From: Nemertoderma westbladi
Lineage: Eukaryota; Animalia; Xenacoelomorpha
Reading direction: 5' to 3'
Assembly (NCBI GenBank): GCA_032718475.1
Contig: JAUCBJ010000598.1
Location: forward strand, 1-53,905
DNA: 53,905 bases
The position numbers and the translations under genes are program-made. The first letter of the stretch is position 1; each line of letters begins with the position of its first letter. Positions 13,241 to 27,322 of the stretch are shown here, one piece after another. The notes under the pieces were generated by a model. The model ran no database searches. It had not been told where the DNA came from and saw nothing but the letters and a program-made list of their open reading frames with translations.

Positions 13241-13397
13241 GATGGAAAGTGAAGATCTTACAGGTGGGTGGAACGGACGGGTGTTACAAGTGTGTACAAC
13301 GGCAGGGAGTTAAAGGTATGTGGAATGGGAGGGGATTTCATGTGTGTGGAACAGGAGTGAGATAAAGGTGTGTGGAACGGAAGGGAGTTACAAGTGT

Positions 13398-14295
13398 AGT
13401 TAGGGAGCACTAGGGGGAAGTAAACAAACTATTAGTTAGGGAGCACTACGGGGAAGTAAACAAAATATTAGTTAGGGAGCACTACGGGGAAGTAAACAAA
13501 CTATTAGTTAGGGAGCACTAGGGGGAAGTAAACAAACTATTAGTTAGGGAGCACTAGGGGGAAGTACACAAACTATTAGTTAGGGAGCACTACGGGGAAG
13601 TAAACAAACTATTAGTTAGGGAGCACTAGGGGGAAGTAAACAAACTATTAGTTAGGGAGCACTAGGGGGAAGTAAACAAAATATTAGTTAGGGAGCACTA
13701 GGGGGAAGTAAACAAACTATTAGTTAGGGAGCACTAGGGGGAAGTAAACAAACTATTAGTTAGGGAGCACTACGGGGAAGTAAACAAACTATTAGTTAGG
13801 GAGCACTACGGGGAAGTAAACAACTATTAGTTAGGGAGCACTACGGGGAAGTAAACAAACTATTAGTTAGGGAGCACTACGGGGAAGTAAACAAACTATT
13901 AGTTAGGGAGCACTAGGGGGAAGTAAACAAACTATTAGTTAGGGAGCACTAGGGGGAAGTAAACAAACTATTAGTTAGGGAGCACTAGGGGGAAGTAAAC
14001 AAACTATTAGTTAGGGAGCACTAGGGGGAAGTAAACAAACTATTAGTTAGGGAGCACTAGGGGGAAGTAAACAAACTATTAGTTAGGGAGCACTAGGGGG
14101 AAGTAAACAAAATATTAGTTAGGGAGCACTAGGGGGAAGTAAACAAACTATTAGTTAGGGAGCACTAGGGGGAAGTAAACAAACTATTAGTTAGGGAGCA
14201 CTACGGGGAAAGTAAACAAACTATTAGTTAGGGAGCACTACGGGGAAGTAAACAAAATATTAGTTAGGGAGCACTACGGGGAAGTAAACAAACTA
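13398..14295. repeat. 36-bp minisatellite, ~25 copies
   Basis: Unit GTTAGGGAGCACTA(G/C)GGGGAAGTAAACAAACTATTA. Confidence 0.97.
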
Positions 14296-14350
14296 TATCG
14301 GTAATCTTCGATTTATATGTAACTTTACCACATGTAACCTTAGCTGTAAC

Positions 14351-15653
14351 GGGAGTATACGTTGAGCATACACCAGGAGCATACACCAGGGGCATACACC
14401 AGGGGCATACACCAGGTGCATACACCAGGAGCATACACCAGGAGCATACACCAGGGGCATACACCAGGGGCATACACCAGGAGCATACACCAGGAGCATA
14501 CACCAGGAGCATACACCAGGAGCATACACCAGGGGCATACACCAGGAGCATACACCAGGAGCATACACCAGGGGCATACACCAGGAGCATACACCAGGAG
14601 CATACACCAGGAGCATACACCAGGGGCATACACCAGGAGCATACACCAGGAGCATACACCAGGAGCATACACCAGGAGCATACACCAGGAGCATACACCA
14701 GGAGCATACACAGTGATATTAATATTAAAAATTATTATAGTGGAAATTATAATACTGGGAATTAGATCAACAAATCAATTTATTTGTTAAGTATAAGACG
14801 GTCGACCGACGCAGAAATAAAAAATGTAATTATTACGTGCTTATAAGCGAGGGGCCCAATAGGCCCCTTCTTCAGGTAATTTAATTACACAGTAGGTTAT
14901 ATCCGTCTTATCATCAACATCAATATTTCGTATACTAAACAGTCAATCCAACTAAATACCTAATATATTAAATAACAAACATGTTATTCAAATAACCATT
15001 TTCAAACTTTAAAAGTGAGACATTAAAAACTGAAAATTTTAAATACAATAATATTCAACAAATTATTGCTATAGTAGGCATATTTATTATATTAAAATAG
15101 ACCTTGTCAGACAACGAACGAGGTAGTTCAGTTTGAACCAATCTGAAAACCAAACCAACCAAACTGGTGTATGCTCTTGGTGTATGCTCCTGGTGTATGC
15201 TCCTGGTGTATGCTCCTGGTGTATGCTCCTGGTGTATGCTCCTGGTGTATGCTCCTGGTGTATGCTCCTGGTGTATGCCCCTGGTGTATGCTCCTGGTGT
15301 ACCTGGTGTAAGCTCCTGGTGTATGCACCTGGTGTATGCCCATGGTGTATGCTCCTGGTGTATGCTCCTGGTGTATGCTCCTGGTGTATGCTCCTGGTGT
15401 ATGCACCTGGTGTATGCCCCTGGTGTATGCCCCTGGTGTATGCACCTGGTGTATGCCCCTGGTGTATGCTCCTGGTGTATGCCCCTGGTGTATGCTCCTG
15501 GTGTATGCACCTGGTGTATGCCCCTGGTGTATGCCCCTGGTGTATGCCCCTGGTGTATGCCCCTGGTGTATGCCCCTGGTGTATGCCCCTGGTGTATCCT
15601 CCTGGTGTATGCCCCTGGTGTATGCCCCTGGTGTATGCTCAACGTATACTCCC
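14351..15653. mobile_element. Foldback/MULE-like non-autonomous element with arms made of 13-bp tandem repeats
   Basis: TIR GGGAGTATACGTTGAGCATACA…TGTATGCTCAACGTATACTCCC. Arms of GCATACACCAGG(A/G/T) repeats at 14365-14710 and, inverted, 15165-15640. 9-bp TSD AGCTGTAAC at 14342-14350 and 15654-15662. Confidence 0.9.
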
Positions 15654-17712
15654 AGCTGTAACTATACCATCGGTAATCTTCGATTTATCTGTAACTGTGC
15701 CATCGGTAACCTTAGCTGTAACTCTACCATCAGTAACATTAATTGTATCTATACCAACGGGAAGCGAGTCTACGATGTTTAAGTGTTTCTCTTTCAGCGA
15801 TAACCCTAATTTTTATCTAATTAATACAATTCAATTCAACTTACTGTATTGTTGGGTGGGCAGTCGATACCCTTGTTGGCGGAGCAGTTCATTTCGATAT
15901 TGTTGTAGATAGTTTAATCCCGGTAACTGAAAATAGAAAATGTTAATGAAAACCATAACAACAATTCCAAATTAATAAACAAAAACTGAAACAATTTGTA
16001 ACTTGACTACTTCAACTATAACTTTTAGATTTTGGACCTTAACATAACCGCGTAACATTATTACAAATTTATCGGTTAAACGAAACAAACTTATTATACC
16101 TGCAAATGATTGACCAATGAAATTGCACATATGTAATGATTTTGAGATGAAATCTTAGTATTTCAGCCAATCAAGCGAACTACGGGCGGTTCCTATCTAA
16201 CAAAGCTTTGTTTTACAGCAAATGGAAGATTTATAATAAATAGTTTGTAGATCTTAGATATTGGTTTACATTTGCTTTGCTTCATGGGTAAAATCGATAA
16301 CATTAAAGGCCACATTATACCATTATGGTCTATTTACGATGTAGACAACGAAGATTTATTAATAAACTAAATAAAATCAAAACGTAAACAGAGAGAAACA
16401 AAGATTAGGACAAATTAATACTATAAAGTTCAATAAATTCCAATCACCTAAAATCGATGAAATAGAAACAATGTAAATTCAATCAAAAATGTATTATTAA
16501 TCGATTAAGAAATATGTTTAATAATTAATAATCTGATATTTCCATTTTCAAGCTAATGTGGCCATCACCAAATTTTTAGTTTTATTAATAAAACTGAAAT
16601 ATATCAACAATTAAAAATAAGAACAAATAACAAACGGTAATTTTCTAACAGAACTACTGAATGCTTGCAGGCCTGTGGGCATTTTTCATTTTATTTAAGG
16701 TACATTCCAAACTGTAAAGTTTTTTCTATTCTTACAGCTCGGCAATTCAAACTAGAAGTTTTTTTGTAAACAAGATACATCTGATACATCCCAAACCGGG
16801 GTAAAGGGATATTTTGTATGAAATATAAATAGCCTTAGCGATTAATAATAACAAAAATAATTTTTTATAATTCTATAAAATTATCAAAGACACAAATCGA
16901 ATGTGAAATCAATTTGATCAATCCTAATAAACAAGCATGCATAGCAGTGATATACCCAATTCACTCGAATAAATTCACTGGCTTATGAGTTTGTAAGTGG
17001 CAAATTATGGATAGAGACAATAAGGTATTTTTACTTTAAGGGGGGGGGGGGGGGGGGGGGGGTGGTGAGTTTAATTAATTAATTTTTTTATTATTAACAA
17101 TTAGCGGTTTAATCGTTAACATAGAGCTTTTAATTAATAAAGATTCGTAAAATTGAAAGTCTGGTTGCCTTGAAGAAATAAAACACAGACAGGGTCTAAC
17201 TTAAAGTAATAAACACCAGGGCGTTTACACAAATATGGCGTTTACGATATTAAATTGATTCGATTGGGTGTTTATTCGAGTAAAAGTGGTAGTCAATAAG
17301 TATATAAACTACTTATTGTCATACAATAAGTAAACAACAAATAATAAACAACAAATAAGTCTGACCAGATTTAATATAAGGTACACTCTGTTACATTTAA
17401 ACAGGTAGAAAAATTAAATTAATAATTAAAAACAAAACAGTCTGGTTATAATATTTCTTGCACTGTACACGATGGTTAAAGTCCAAGTATAATTAATTTA
17501 ATAGTTTGATTAAATTATACACTTACAATTCTGCATAATTATATTAAACTGATGGGTGGTAAATAAAGATAATAATGTAACACTAAATAACAATAATTTG
17601 CGTGCATAAATAAATCACTTTGATTAACTGTCACTTGCCCAACGAGTCAGTTACCCAATAAAATCAGACAAGTCCAATAAATTACTTGCCCACTATACCA
17701 TTTCACATTTAA

Positions 17713-18299
17713 GGTGTACGGACAATTGCGACCCGGACAATTCCGACCCAGTCACAGATCGAATGACATTTTCATGGGTCGGAATTGTCCGGAACGGAAT
17801 TGTCCGAACCCAGAATAGGACAATTCCGACCAATATAATTCAAAATAATAATAATAATAAATAATAATTTTATTTAACATTACATTGTTTTATTATTCAA
17901 CATAACATTGCTGTATCCATGGATATTCTTCGTTCTAGACACGTTTACTATGTAATTTTATCGTTGAATAGTATAGTTTACAAATTGAATATATTCGGTA
18001 CTAGTGAGTTTTTGGCACACCCCCACCGAATTGTTAATACTAGTCTTTGCTACTTTTTATGAAAATGTTCTAAAACATATAGCTATCAATTAAGAAAAAA
18101 TATTAGTGTTCTGGAACACAGATTTTTGTTATTGATTTCAGGTAATTCCTAATAATAATTATAATTTATCTGGATCTGGACAATTCCGATCCGGACAATT
18201 CCGACCCCCAACAATTTCATTCGATCTTTGAATGGGACGGAATTGTCCGGGACGGAATTGTCCGGGTCGGAATTGTCCGGGACGGAATTGTCCTAGCCC
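17713..18299. mobile_element. MULE-like MITE with CGGACAATTCCGACC subterminal motifs
   Basis: Motifs occur in both orientations at both ends; flanked by the direct repeat TCACATTTAA (17703-17712 and 18300-18309). Confidence 0.8.
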
Positions 18300-19057
18300 T
18301 CACATTTAAATGCGTTTTAAATAATTATCTTGCTTATTAACTGTGAACAGAGATAAAGACGACAAGTTACCGCAATGGTACAGTTGAGTGTGAACGGGCT
18401 CCGGGTAGTGTACCGCTGGCTTACCGCAAGACCAACCATTGGGTATAAACTATACCAGATACCTATCAACGGGTAGTTTACCATGTACCCCACTTTTTCG
18501 GCGACTAAAATGTCATATTTTCTTATAGAATATAGGCGCTTAGTTTTAGTGCAGTATACTACCGGTAACATTTCGTTTTGGGGTTGAGGTTTGGGTTTGT
18601 GATACACACCCTGTGTGTGTTGAGCATGTAAATAAAAATGTGTTGTGTAACAATGTGTAAAATAAAAACAATGTGTTTGTTTTTGTTTATGTTATGGATA
18701 TGGTTTTGTTTTTGTTTTGAAGGCCCTAATGTTTGTTCTGTTGTGAAGGCCCTATAGTGGCCAAGTACTACTTTTTGGGGTTAATGTCCTGAAAATCATA
18801 CTTCGATTCTTAATAAAACATGACCCCCCCCCCCCCCCCCACTCCCCTCCCGATATTAATTCCTTTCATTCTCAGGATATTTTTGTAGAATGTATTGTTT
18901 GTTCAAAATTCTAAACAAAATAATTTGGAGTGAATACAATTCCCAGAACATAATAATTATCAATATGTGACATGTAACGACTAAATGTTAAGAGGCCCTC
19001 AAGGCCCTCACAGCCGTCACACTGTGCACCGGCTACCTGGACAGAAGGGGCCGCGAG

Positions 19058-19537
19058 GTGGGGGGGGGGGGGGGGGGGGGGGGAGTTAGGGATGATCTCC
19101 TGGCGAGGGGAGTCTGGACTGAGCAGAGGGTGGCGTCGTTCGATATAGCGATTATAAACGCTGACGCCCCATCATATGCTCACCGGTCCTTAGACTCTGT
19201 CCTCGAGCAGAGAGTCCAAGCCAAGAAGGTGCACTACAGCGCGGTGTGCGAGGATAGAAGGTGCTCCTTCACTCCCCTTGTCGGAACCACCGATGGGGTG
19301 TGGTGCAAGGAGACTGATATCTTCATCAGCCACCTCGCTGAGACCCTTGTGGCTCGGCGGCAGGGGATGCGGGAACGTGGCCTAGCCTGCGTTCTCGGGG
19401 GAGTTCGGAGGCGGCTTCAGTTCGCGCTCCTCCGCTCCAACTCCCTCTGTTTGCGTGGTGGCCGGCGTCCCTGGAGGGCGCTGGGCTTTGGAGATGGTGC
19501 GGGTCTGCGGGGGAATGACCTCGCAGACCGGTATTAA
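19058..19537 (+). mobile_element. C-terminal restriction-like endonuclease fragment of an early-branching non-LTR retrotransposon (HERO/CRE-like)
   Basis: RDDLLARGVW…FDIAIINADAPSY…KKVHY…FTPLVGTTDG…KE pattern, typical of RLE domains; GC-rich island. Confidence 0.75.
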
Positions 19538-22500
19538 TCCACGGTGCACCATTTTTAACTGTATGTTTAATTGGTTTGTCTTAATTGTATTGTTCTGATT
19601 GGTGGTGGGATGTTGGGTTGGTGCAGCTATATATTTAATTGTATATACAATTATTCCATTGCCGCGATTAGTTAGCATATTGATGTAAATATAAGCTACT
19701 TGTAATTTTGGTGCTCTTTTAGTGTCTATTATAAAATTAAAACGAAACTAAATGTTAAGAGAAATAATTAATTTTGTGGAATTATGCGATTTTTTTTAAA
19801 CTTATTGGGCAAGTAACTATTGGGAAAGTGATTCTCATTTTTCGTTGATTTTTTATTGGACAGTGACTCGTCTGATTTTTATTGGGCAAATGGCATATTT
19901 GGCAAGGGACTGCACCCCATAATTTTTTATGAATGTCTAGACAATACGTAGAAAAAACTCAATTAATGGTGAGTTAGTTATTCATGCAAAATAGTCATAG
20001 ATTTCTAAGATTTGCTAATGGATAAAAAAAGCAACAAATTTATATAAAAACTTCATTCAATGAACAAAATTAATTTCATTATAAGAAAATGTTGAACCTT
20101 CGAAACCCGGAGTATTAATTAATATCCACTATTTAAACACAACTGAAAACAATATAAATGCATTTATATATGTATGATACCGCAGAAATACGAAATACAG
20201 GAACGTGGAAATAGGCAAATGCTTACATGCTCAATCGCAATAACCACATACGGCACTAGATGGCGCAAAGCAAAACGTATTACCCGTGACAACCAACAGC
20301 AAAACGATAAGTGGTTTGGTTACAATATGGAAAGTGTCAGACATTCCAGAATTAGTTATTTTAAGAAACTATGTAATTTATATTAATATGTATTGCAATA
20401 ACTTCCAACTAAAACTAAAGCCAACGTTGAGAAAACGGGCAGAAAACTGAGTAAAAAGTAAAAAATAAAGCATAAATGGGAAAACAGTTTGTAAGATAAT
20501 AAATAAACAATATAATCACTATATAGGGTCAGTTATACAATTCTATTATTAAAGAAGATGAAGTCTCTCTGCAGCAGTAGTGTGGTTGAAAGGCATTCAT
20601 TCATTAATTGTAGAGCTGCACAATATACATGCTACCAATTACACTGGACATTTAAATTAACTCGAGTTTAAACTATAAAAGGATGAGTTTATTGCATTGG
20701 TAAACCCCCTGGCAACAATTTCCCTTATTTATTTTGTTTGCAAAGTTTTTCAATTTTCTCTTTATAAATAAATACATTATAGATCTAACAGGGACTTTGC
20801 CAAGGGGTTTAACAGACAAATGTTTTTCACCCAGGTGTAGATGACAGTGTTGGGTTGTGAGAACAGAGTCATTAAAGGGAGATCCACTCCAACAATGATG
20901 GAACGTGCGCGTTAGTTACCATGGCAACAGCGATGTTATAATGGAGGTTGTAGGCAAATAGAAACATCCGAATGTGACCACCAAACATTGATAAACAAGA
21001 AAATTACTGGAATTCTAACATACAAGCTGTAACACCACTGTACACTGCTGCTCACTATACAGTGATTAATGCAAAGGAAAGTATGCAGTGCATAGTACGT
21101 ACTAACTACCATTTCCAATAACTGCACACTGTTCCTTTACCACACACAATATTGATATAGTTGGTCAATAAATATGATTAAAGTACAGATTCACTTAGAT
21201 TCGCATTAAAACACGACGCCATGGACAGTGGTGGTTTCGCCTGCAATCCCAACACCAGCAACTGAGAGAGATCCAGAGAGAAAGAGTGATGACACATTTA
21301 TAGGGGCATAAAAAGCTGATCATTAATGGTCAAACATTATTGTCATGCCAACGTAAGCGGTGGTCATGGAGATAGAGGTCTATCATAAGTATAGCAACAT
21401 ATGATAATGTGAAAGAAAACAATTAAAAAAAAAGGAGAAAAAAGTGGAAATGTTACATGATTAGTATCAGACGGACTCTGATATCTGTGGGTTAGTATAG
21501 GTAAAACAGATGTGCAAGATGTCAATCTGATCCGACAGAATCCATAAAACACTTTAATTCTAGAAGTGATTCAATGAAACGGATGAGGATAGGTTCTTGC
21601 GCCAGTCGTCGGTGAAACTATAGATTTACTCCATAAAAACGGCAGCAGCCAATGGCAGGTGGGTGAAGATTACTTATATTTTAATGGGAAACGTTATTTT
21701 ACAAATAGCAGTGTTGCGTCATTCAGAGAAATACAATCGGCGTTAGATTGCTTCGACTCTAGAACACCCAGGCAACAGGTATAAACTATATTTAACGGAA
21801 TATCTAACTCATGGGGGGGTCTATGATTCTGGCGCGGTATCAAGGCAGATTAAGCCAACGCTATATCTGGTGGTCCACCAACTATTTTGCTAGCAAACCC
21901 GTTAAAAACCACTATTAGTGGTTAGAACAAGATTTTTCAACTTATTATTTTGAATTATTATTATTTTGGCGCAAATGGTCGCAAATACTCTGGGTGTTTA
22001 GTGTACTTTAAAAGGATACAGTGGGTCTAACCAAAAGCGCTTTTTCTTCATTTGCGAGCAACTTGCGCCATTATCTGATTACTTTATTGAGATGTTTAAG
22101 TGAGAGCTGCACTTCAAACGAATTAATCAAAGACGCTCTTAAAGTAAACACAGTCAGTAAAAATAGAGATCGCCGACTGATCAAATAGAAAACAGACATA
22201 CGATTACAATGGCTCATCGGTACTAAGTTAGCTATAAAATCAAACATCATGCAACCGAAAAAGTTCAGAAAAACACAGAATACATGCAATGTTATACTAC
22301 AGCAGTTAGGAGTTCGGTTAATATATTAGTTGTGACTTGAGATAAGACAAAAACGTAATTAATTTTAATTACAATTAGTGACATACAGTATAACACATTA
22401 TTGGAACTATGGCCTCACCATTTGTTCTTTTTTCAGCTTTTTTTTATCTCTTCTTTGTTTTATCACACAAGAACATGACCTCATAATTAGAGGACATTAC

Positions 22501-24290
22501 GTAGCTACCTTAACTAACTCACACTCACATCGTACAACTTTAGGCTATTCGTGGTTACCTAGAGGTTTACAGTGAGACAGTGCACGCGATGTTTGTGGGG
22601 CGAGCCACAAAGTTGGCGGAGCCTTAGCGAACTGACACTGTTAGGTGGTGTTTCAATAATGGCTAATAGTTGTCGTCGTCGTCTCGTTACGATTTAAACA
22701 TGCTAATAACTTAGTCGGATTTAAAGCTGTCGGGTTGAAAATTTCTAGGAATTAATAAGACCACAAGTTGAGAGTTTTGAGAAACTTCCAGACACAATCA
22801 GTTCAATAGTCTATCGCTAGAGGGCTACATGTAGAAAAAATAAATGTCCTCACATTTCTTTGTTTCTAATCCTGCTGAAACATGGCAGTTTTATACTAGA
22901 CCATTTGTTGTGTCTTTCAAAGGAGGTTAATCCCTCAGCAGTTCTTCAATTTATTTGTTATCCGTTGAAGCTGAAACTAGGCAGTGATATACGCGCTAGA
23001 CCATCCATAGGCTGTGTCTTTGTGCTAGACCTGGCAGGCTGCATCAGAGGCCTAGTTTATTTTATTTTATAAACGACTGTATAAACTCAATATAATGTAA
23101 CTTAACTGTTAATATTTTTTTGTTGCTGAAAATATATTATATATATACCAATGATGACATCTGGGAAGGATAAAATGGTATTTTTGTAAAGAAATACACA
23201 AATTTTGCATCAGACCGATTTTCAACCACCCTGAGTTTTTGAGAAGTCTTAAACAGGTTGCAGTTACCCAGTCTGCTGCCTCTATGGTAAACTGATCAGG
23301 GGACATCTGCGTAAATTTTGCTTATAATCATTTTGACTTGGCACTTCACATAAGACATATCACGTGCTGCGTGAAGGCCCCACTTCGAGTCTGATAGGTT
23401 TATTATCGGTTTGAATGTTCATTTTATTAATTCAAACTTATTCTATACATCTTAAATAAGGAGCACTGGGGTGGAAGTCAACATTTTTTTTAAATGCATA
23501 CTGCTCCATAAATAAGTGAGTAGAAATAAAGTGTAAGATCGATTTTGGGTGCACTATATTAGAATGAATTTATATATTTGACTTAAAATTATTACTTTAT
23601 TTATCTCAATTAAATACATTGTGCCAATTTGTTTGGAATGATCTAAATTTAATAATTAAAATTTTCTAAATTTAAATTCGATTAAACAAAAACAATATTG
23701 TTGACAGCCTACAGGTTTGCTAGCAAAATTTGCGTTGAAGAACACCAAGACGACAATCTAGAGTGAGAATGAAACAGGAATATAAACTGTAAACTCGCAA
23801 CCAGGTCTATCAATCGTAAATACAGGTAACGAACAAGCTGGGTTACAAATACAAAAGAGGCTGATTGATTGACAGACCGGCGAGCCAATACAAACATGAC
23901 CCGCCACATACCATAGTGGTCACCTTGACGACGGGTTAGTGGTACAGGCCATCGCGGCCCAGCTCAGAAACACGGCTACAAAGGGGAGGAAAATATATAG
24001 TTACAGTTCCGACATTCTCTTACTCACCACCCCAGCCAGACAGATTAATAAACTCCATGGTTTACTCGCTCATACTTACCACGCCAAATCAGTCTGAACT
24101 CTGAATGCCCTTAATTATACGTAAAAATGTAAACAAATTATTAAATTATTATAAGAAGACAGTATAAGTATAAAAATACCTAAGTCGCATATAAACATAA
24201 TTGAAATTTTAATTAGTTACCAAATTTCAATGTCTAATTACTAACCCACGTAAAATTTAAATTAGTAACCTAATTATAATATCAAATAAT

Positions 24291-24810
24291 TACATAACCT
24301 AATTAGAATATAAAATTTGTAACCAAATTACAATTTAATTGACATAATTACCCTAATTACAATGTAAAAATAGAAACCTAATGGAATTTAGAAACTTAAT
24401 AATAAAGTAATACAAAATTATAATATATAAAGTGAATTGGTAACCTAATTATAATAATATAAAATAATTACATAACCTAATTAGAATATAAAATTTGTAA
24501 CCAAATTACAATTTATTAACATAATTACCCTAATTACAATGTAAAAATAGAAACCTAATGGGATTTAGAAAATTAATAATAAAGTAATACAAAATTATAA
24601 TATATAAAGTGAATTGGTAACCTAATTATAATAATATAAAATAATTACATAACCTAATTAGAATATAAAATTTGTAACCAAATTACAATTTATTAACATA
24701 ATTACCCTAATTACAATGTAAAAATAGAAACCTAATGGGATTTAGAAAATTAATAATAAAGTAATACAAAATTATAATATATAAAGTGAATTGGTAACCT
24801 AATTGTAATA
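24291..24810. repeat. AT-rich ~177-bp tandem repeat, ~3 copies
   Basis: TACATAACCTAATTAGAATATAAAATTTG recurs at ~24291, 24469 and 24646. Confidence 0.9.
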
Positions 24811-25093
24811 ATTATAAGTAATTTTGATAACTGATTCTCATACCATTTCTGGTCACACCGGTTAGTTTGTTTTGTACCTTATCTCCAAGCCCTTTCCTAT
24901 GATTTCCACCAATAATGCGATAAACCTACTGCGCTGTGACTATTAATTAGGTTATGCCGTTTCTCTCTATCCACAACCGACGGTATAATATTCGTCGGTT
25001 TTAACTCTACTGATAACCTCATCGATTCATTATTTTGGATTCATAACTAACGTTTTGTTGAAACATCCATAAACTGGTCAATGCAATCCTTAC

Positions 25094-25236
25094 CTGGCCC
25101 TGGGCCTGTTGCAGTAAGGCCATTAAATGTGGCTGCTGTGGTACCACAGGTGATTGCTGCATTAGTTGCTGTCGTTGCTGGGCAGCAGCCAATAGCGCGA
25201 GTTGGCCCTGGAGGCTGACAGAACCAGGTCCGAAAA
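25094..25236 (-). CDS. RAVER-like exon (Gln-rich)
   Basis: VFGPGSVSLQGQLALLAAAQQRQQ…QAQGQ; CAG acceptor and GTAAGG donor, phase 1 to 0. Confidence 0.75.
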
Positions 25237-25333
25237 CTGCAATAAGTAAACAAATCAACGTAACTAGTAAACAAATCAACGTAACTAATAAACAAACAAT
25301 AACCCGACAGACGGAATTCAATGCATTTCTTAC

Positions 25334-25411
25334 CTGAACCCGATGGCCTTATGAGTCCGTTGACGGGGTTGATGCCAGGGATTAATCCCTGAATTCCAGC
25401 ACCGGGAATAC
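25334..25411 (-). CDS. RAVER-like exon (Gly/Pro-rich)
   Basis: GIPGAGIQGLIPGINPVNGLIRPSGS; CAG acceptor and GTAAGA donor, phase 1 to 1. Confidence 0.75.
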
Positions 25412-25782
25412 CTGCGGATAATAAACGACATACGCTGCTAGGCATAGCTCGGTTTATTTTATTACCATTCCCACCACCAGATTAATTAAAGTATAAAGTG
25501 CCGTCCATCTCTGATACCCGATTAACACAATGAGGTTGAGCTTTCAATTATAAACTTTAAATAATTAAAAAATATAACACGCAGATCGTAGCCTATAGAT
25601 AACTTAAAGTTTACGTTTTTATTATAAATAAAACAAATTATACAGCAGTTAAAATAACCTACGTCGCCGAAAGTGAGCTATAAGTCACGCCCTAACTGAA
25701 CTTTAAATATTATTTCAATCGAGTACAAAAATGTAGATTTCCCGACGACAGTCCTCCCCACTAAGTGGCTAGCCCCACATCG

Positions 25783-27172
25783 TTGATTTTGAACCATTCA
25801 TCTCTCGTTCTAACAAACACTATGTTCGATTTTGAACCATTCAACTCACGTTCTAACAAACACTATGTTCGATTTTTAACCATTCAACTCACGTTCTAAC
25901 AAACACTATGTTCGATTTTTAACCATTCAACTCACGTTCTAAGAAACACTACGTTCGATTTTGAACCATTCATATCACGTTCTAACAAACACTATGTTCG
26001 ATTTTGAACCATTCATATCACGTTCTAACAAACACTATGTTCGATTTTGAACCATTCAACTCACGTTCTAAGAAACACTACGTTCGATTTTGAACCATTC
26101 ATATCACGTTCTAACAAACACTATGTTCGATTTTGAACCATTCATATCACGTTCTAACAAACACTATGTTAGATTTTGAACCATTCAACTAACGTTCTAA
26201 GAAACACTACGTTCGATTGTGAACCATTCATCTCACGTTCTAAGAAACACTACGTTCGATTTTGAACCATTCAACTCACATTCTAACAAACACTATGTTC
26301 GATTTTGAACCATTCATCTCTCGTTCTAACAAACACTATGTTCGATTTTGAACCATTCATATCACGTTCTAACAAACACTATGTTCGATTTTGAACCATT
26401 CATATCACGTTCTAACAAACACTATGTTCGATTTTGAACCATTCAACTCACGTTCTAAGAAACACTACGTTCGATTTTGAACCATTCATATCACGTTCTA
26501 ACAAACACTATGTTCGATTTTGAACCATTCATATCACGTTCTAACAAACACTATGTTAGATTTTGAACCATTCAACTAACGTTCTAAGAAACACTATGTT
26601 AGATTTTGAACCATTCAACTCACGTTCTAACAAACACTATGTTCGATTTTTAACCATTCAACTCACGTTCTAACAAACACTACGTTCGATTGTGAACCAT
26701 TCATCTCACGTTCTAACAAACACTACGTTCGATTTTGAACCATTCATATCACGTTCTAACAAACACTATGTTCGATTTTGAACCATTCATATCACGTTCT
26801 AACAAACACTATGTTCGATTTTGAACCATTCAACTCACGTTCTAAGAAACACTATGTTCGATTTTGAACCATTCAACTCACGTTTTAAGAAACACTACGT
26901 TCGATTTTGAACCATTAATCTCACGTTCTAACAAACACCATGTTCGATTGTGAACCATTCATCTCACGTTCTAACAAACAATATGTTCGATTTTAACCAT
27001 TCATCTCACGTTCTAACAAACACTGCGTTCGATTTTGAACCATTAATCTCACGTTCTAACAAACAATATGTTTGATTTTGAACCATTAATCTCACGTACT
27101 AACAAACACTACGTTCGATTTTGAACCATTCACCTAACGTTCTAACAAACACTACGTTCGATTTTGAACCAT
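25783..27172. repeat. 43-bp intronic minisatellite, ~32 copies
   Basis: Unit GTTCGATTTTGAACCATTCA(A/T)(C/A)TCACGTTCTAACAAACACTA(T/C). Confidence 0.96.
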
Positions 27173-27210
27173 TTAACCCCGCCAATGCGTATAAGCACAG
27201 TGGAACCCAC

Positions 27211-27322
27211 CTGGTATACGTTGGTTGCCAAGCAGCCCCGGAACTAAATTACCCAGATATGAACCAGCACCACCAGTAAACGGGTTTGCAGGTTTAATAC
27301 CTGGAGACGCTACCAGTCCAGC
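27211..27322 (-). CDS. RAVER-like exon (Gly/Pro-rich)
   Basis: AGLVASPGIKPANPF…PGLLGNQRIP; CATAG acceptor and CAG|GTGGGT donor, phase 0 to 1. Confidence 0.72.

Noticed and set aside
14293-15782. Repetitive ORFs (YAPGVCSWC…, HQEHTPGAYTR…)
   Set aside because: Translations of a stop-free 13-bp repeat in the arms of a foldback element, open in many frames.
16105-16180. CCAAT boxes as a promoter
   Set aside because: Short motifs with no supported transcription start.
21228-21256. Resemblance to the 7SL/Alu 5' end (GTGGTGGTTTCGCCTGCAATCCCAACAC)
   Set aside because: Under 30 nt with several mismatches and no continuation; compatible with chance.
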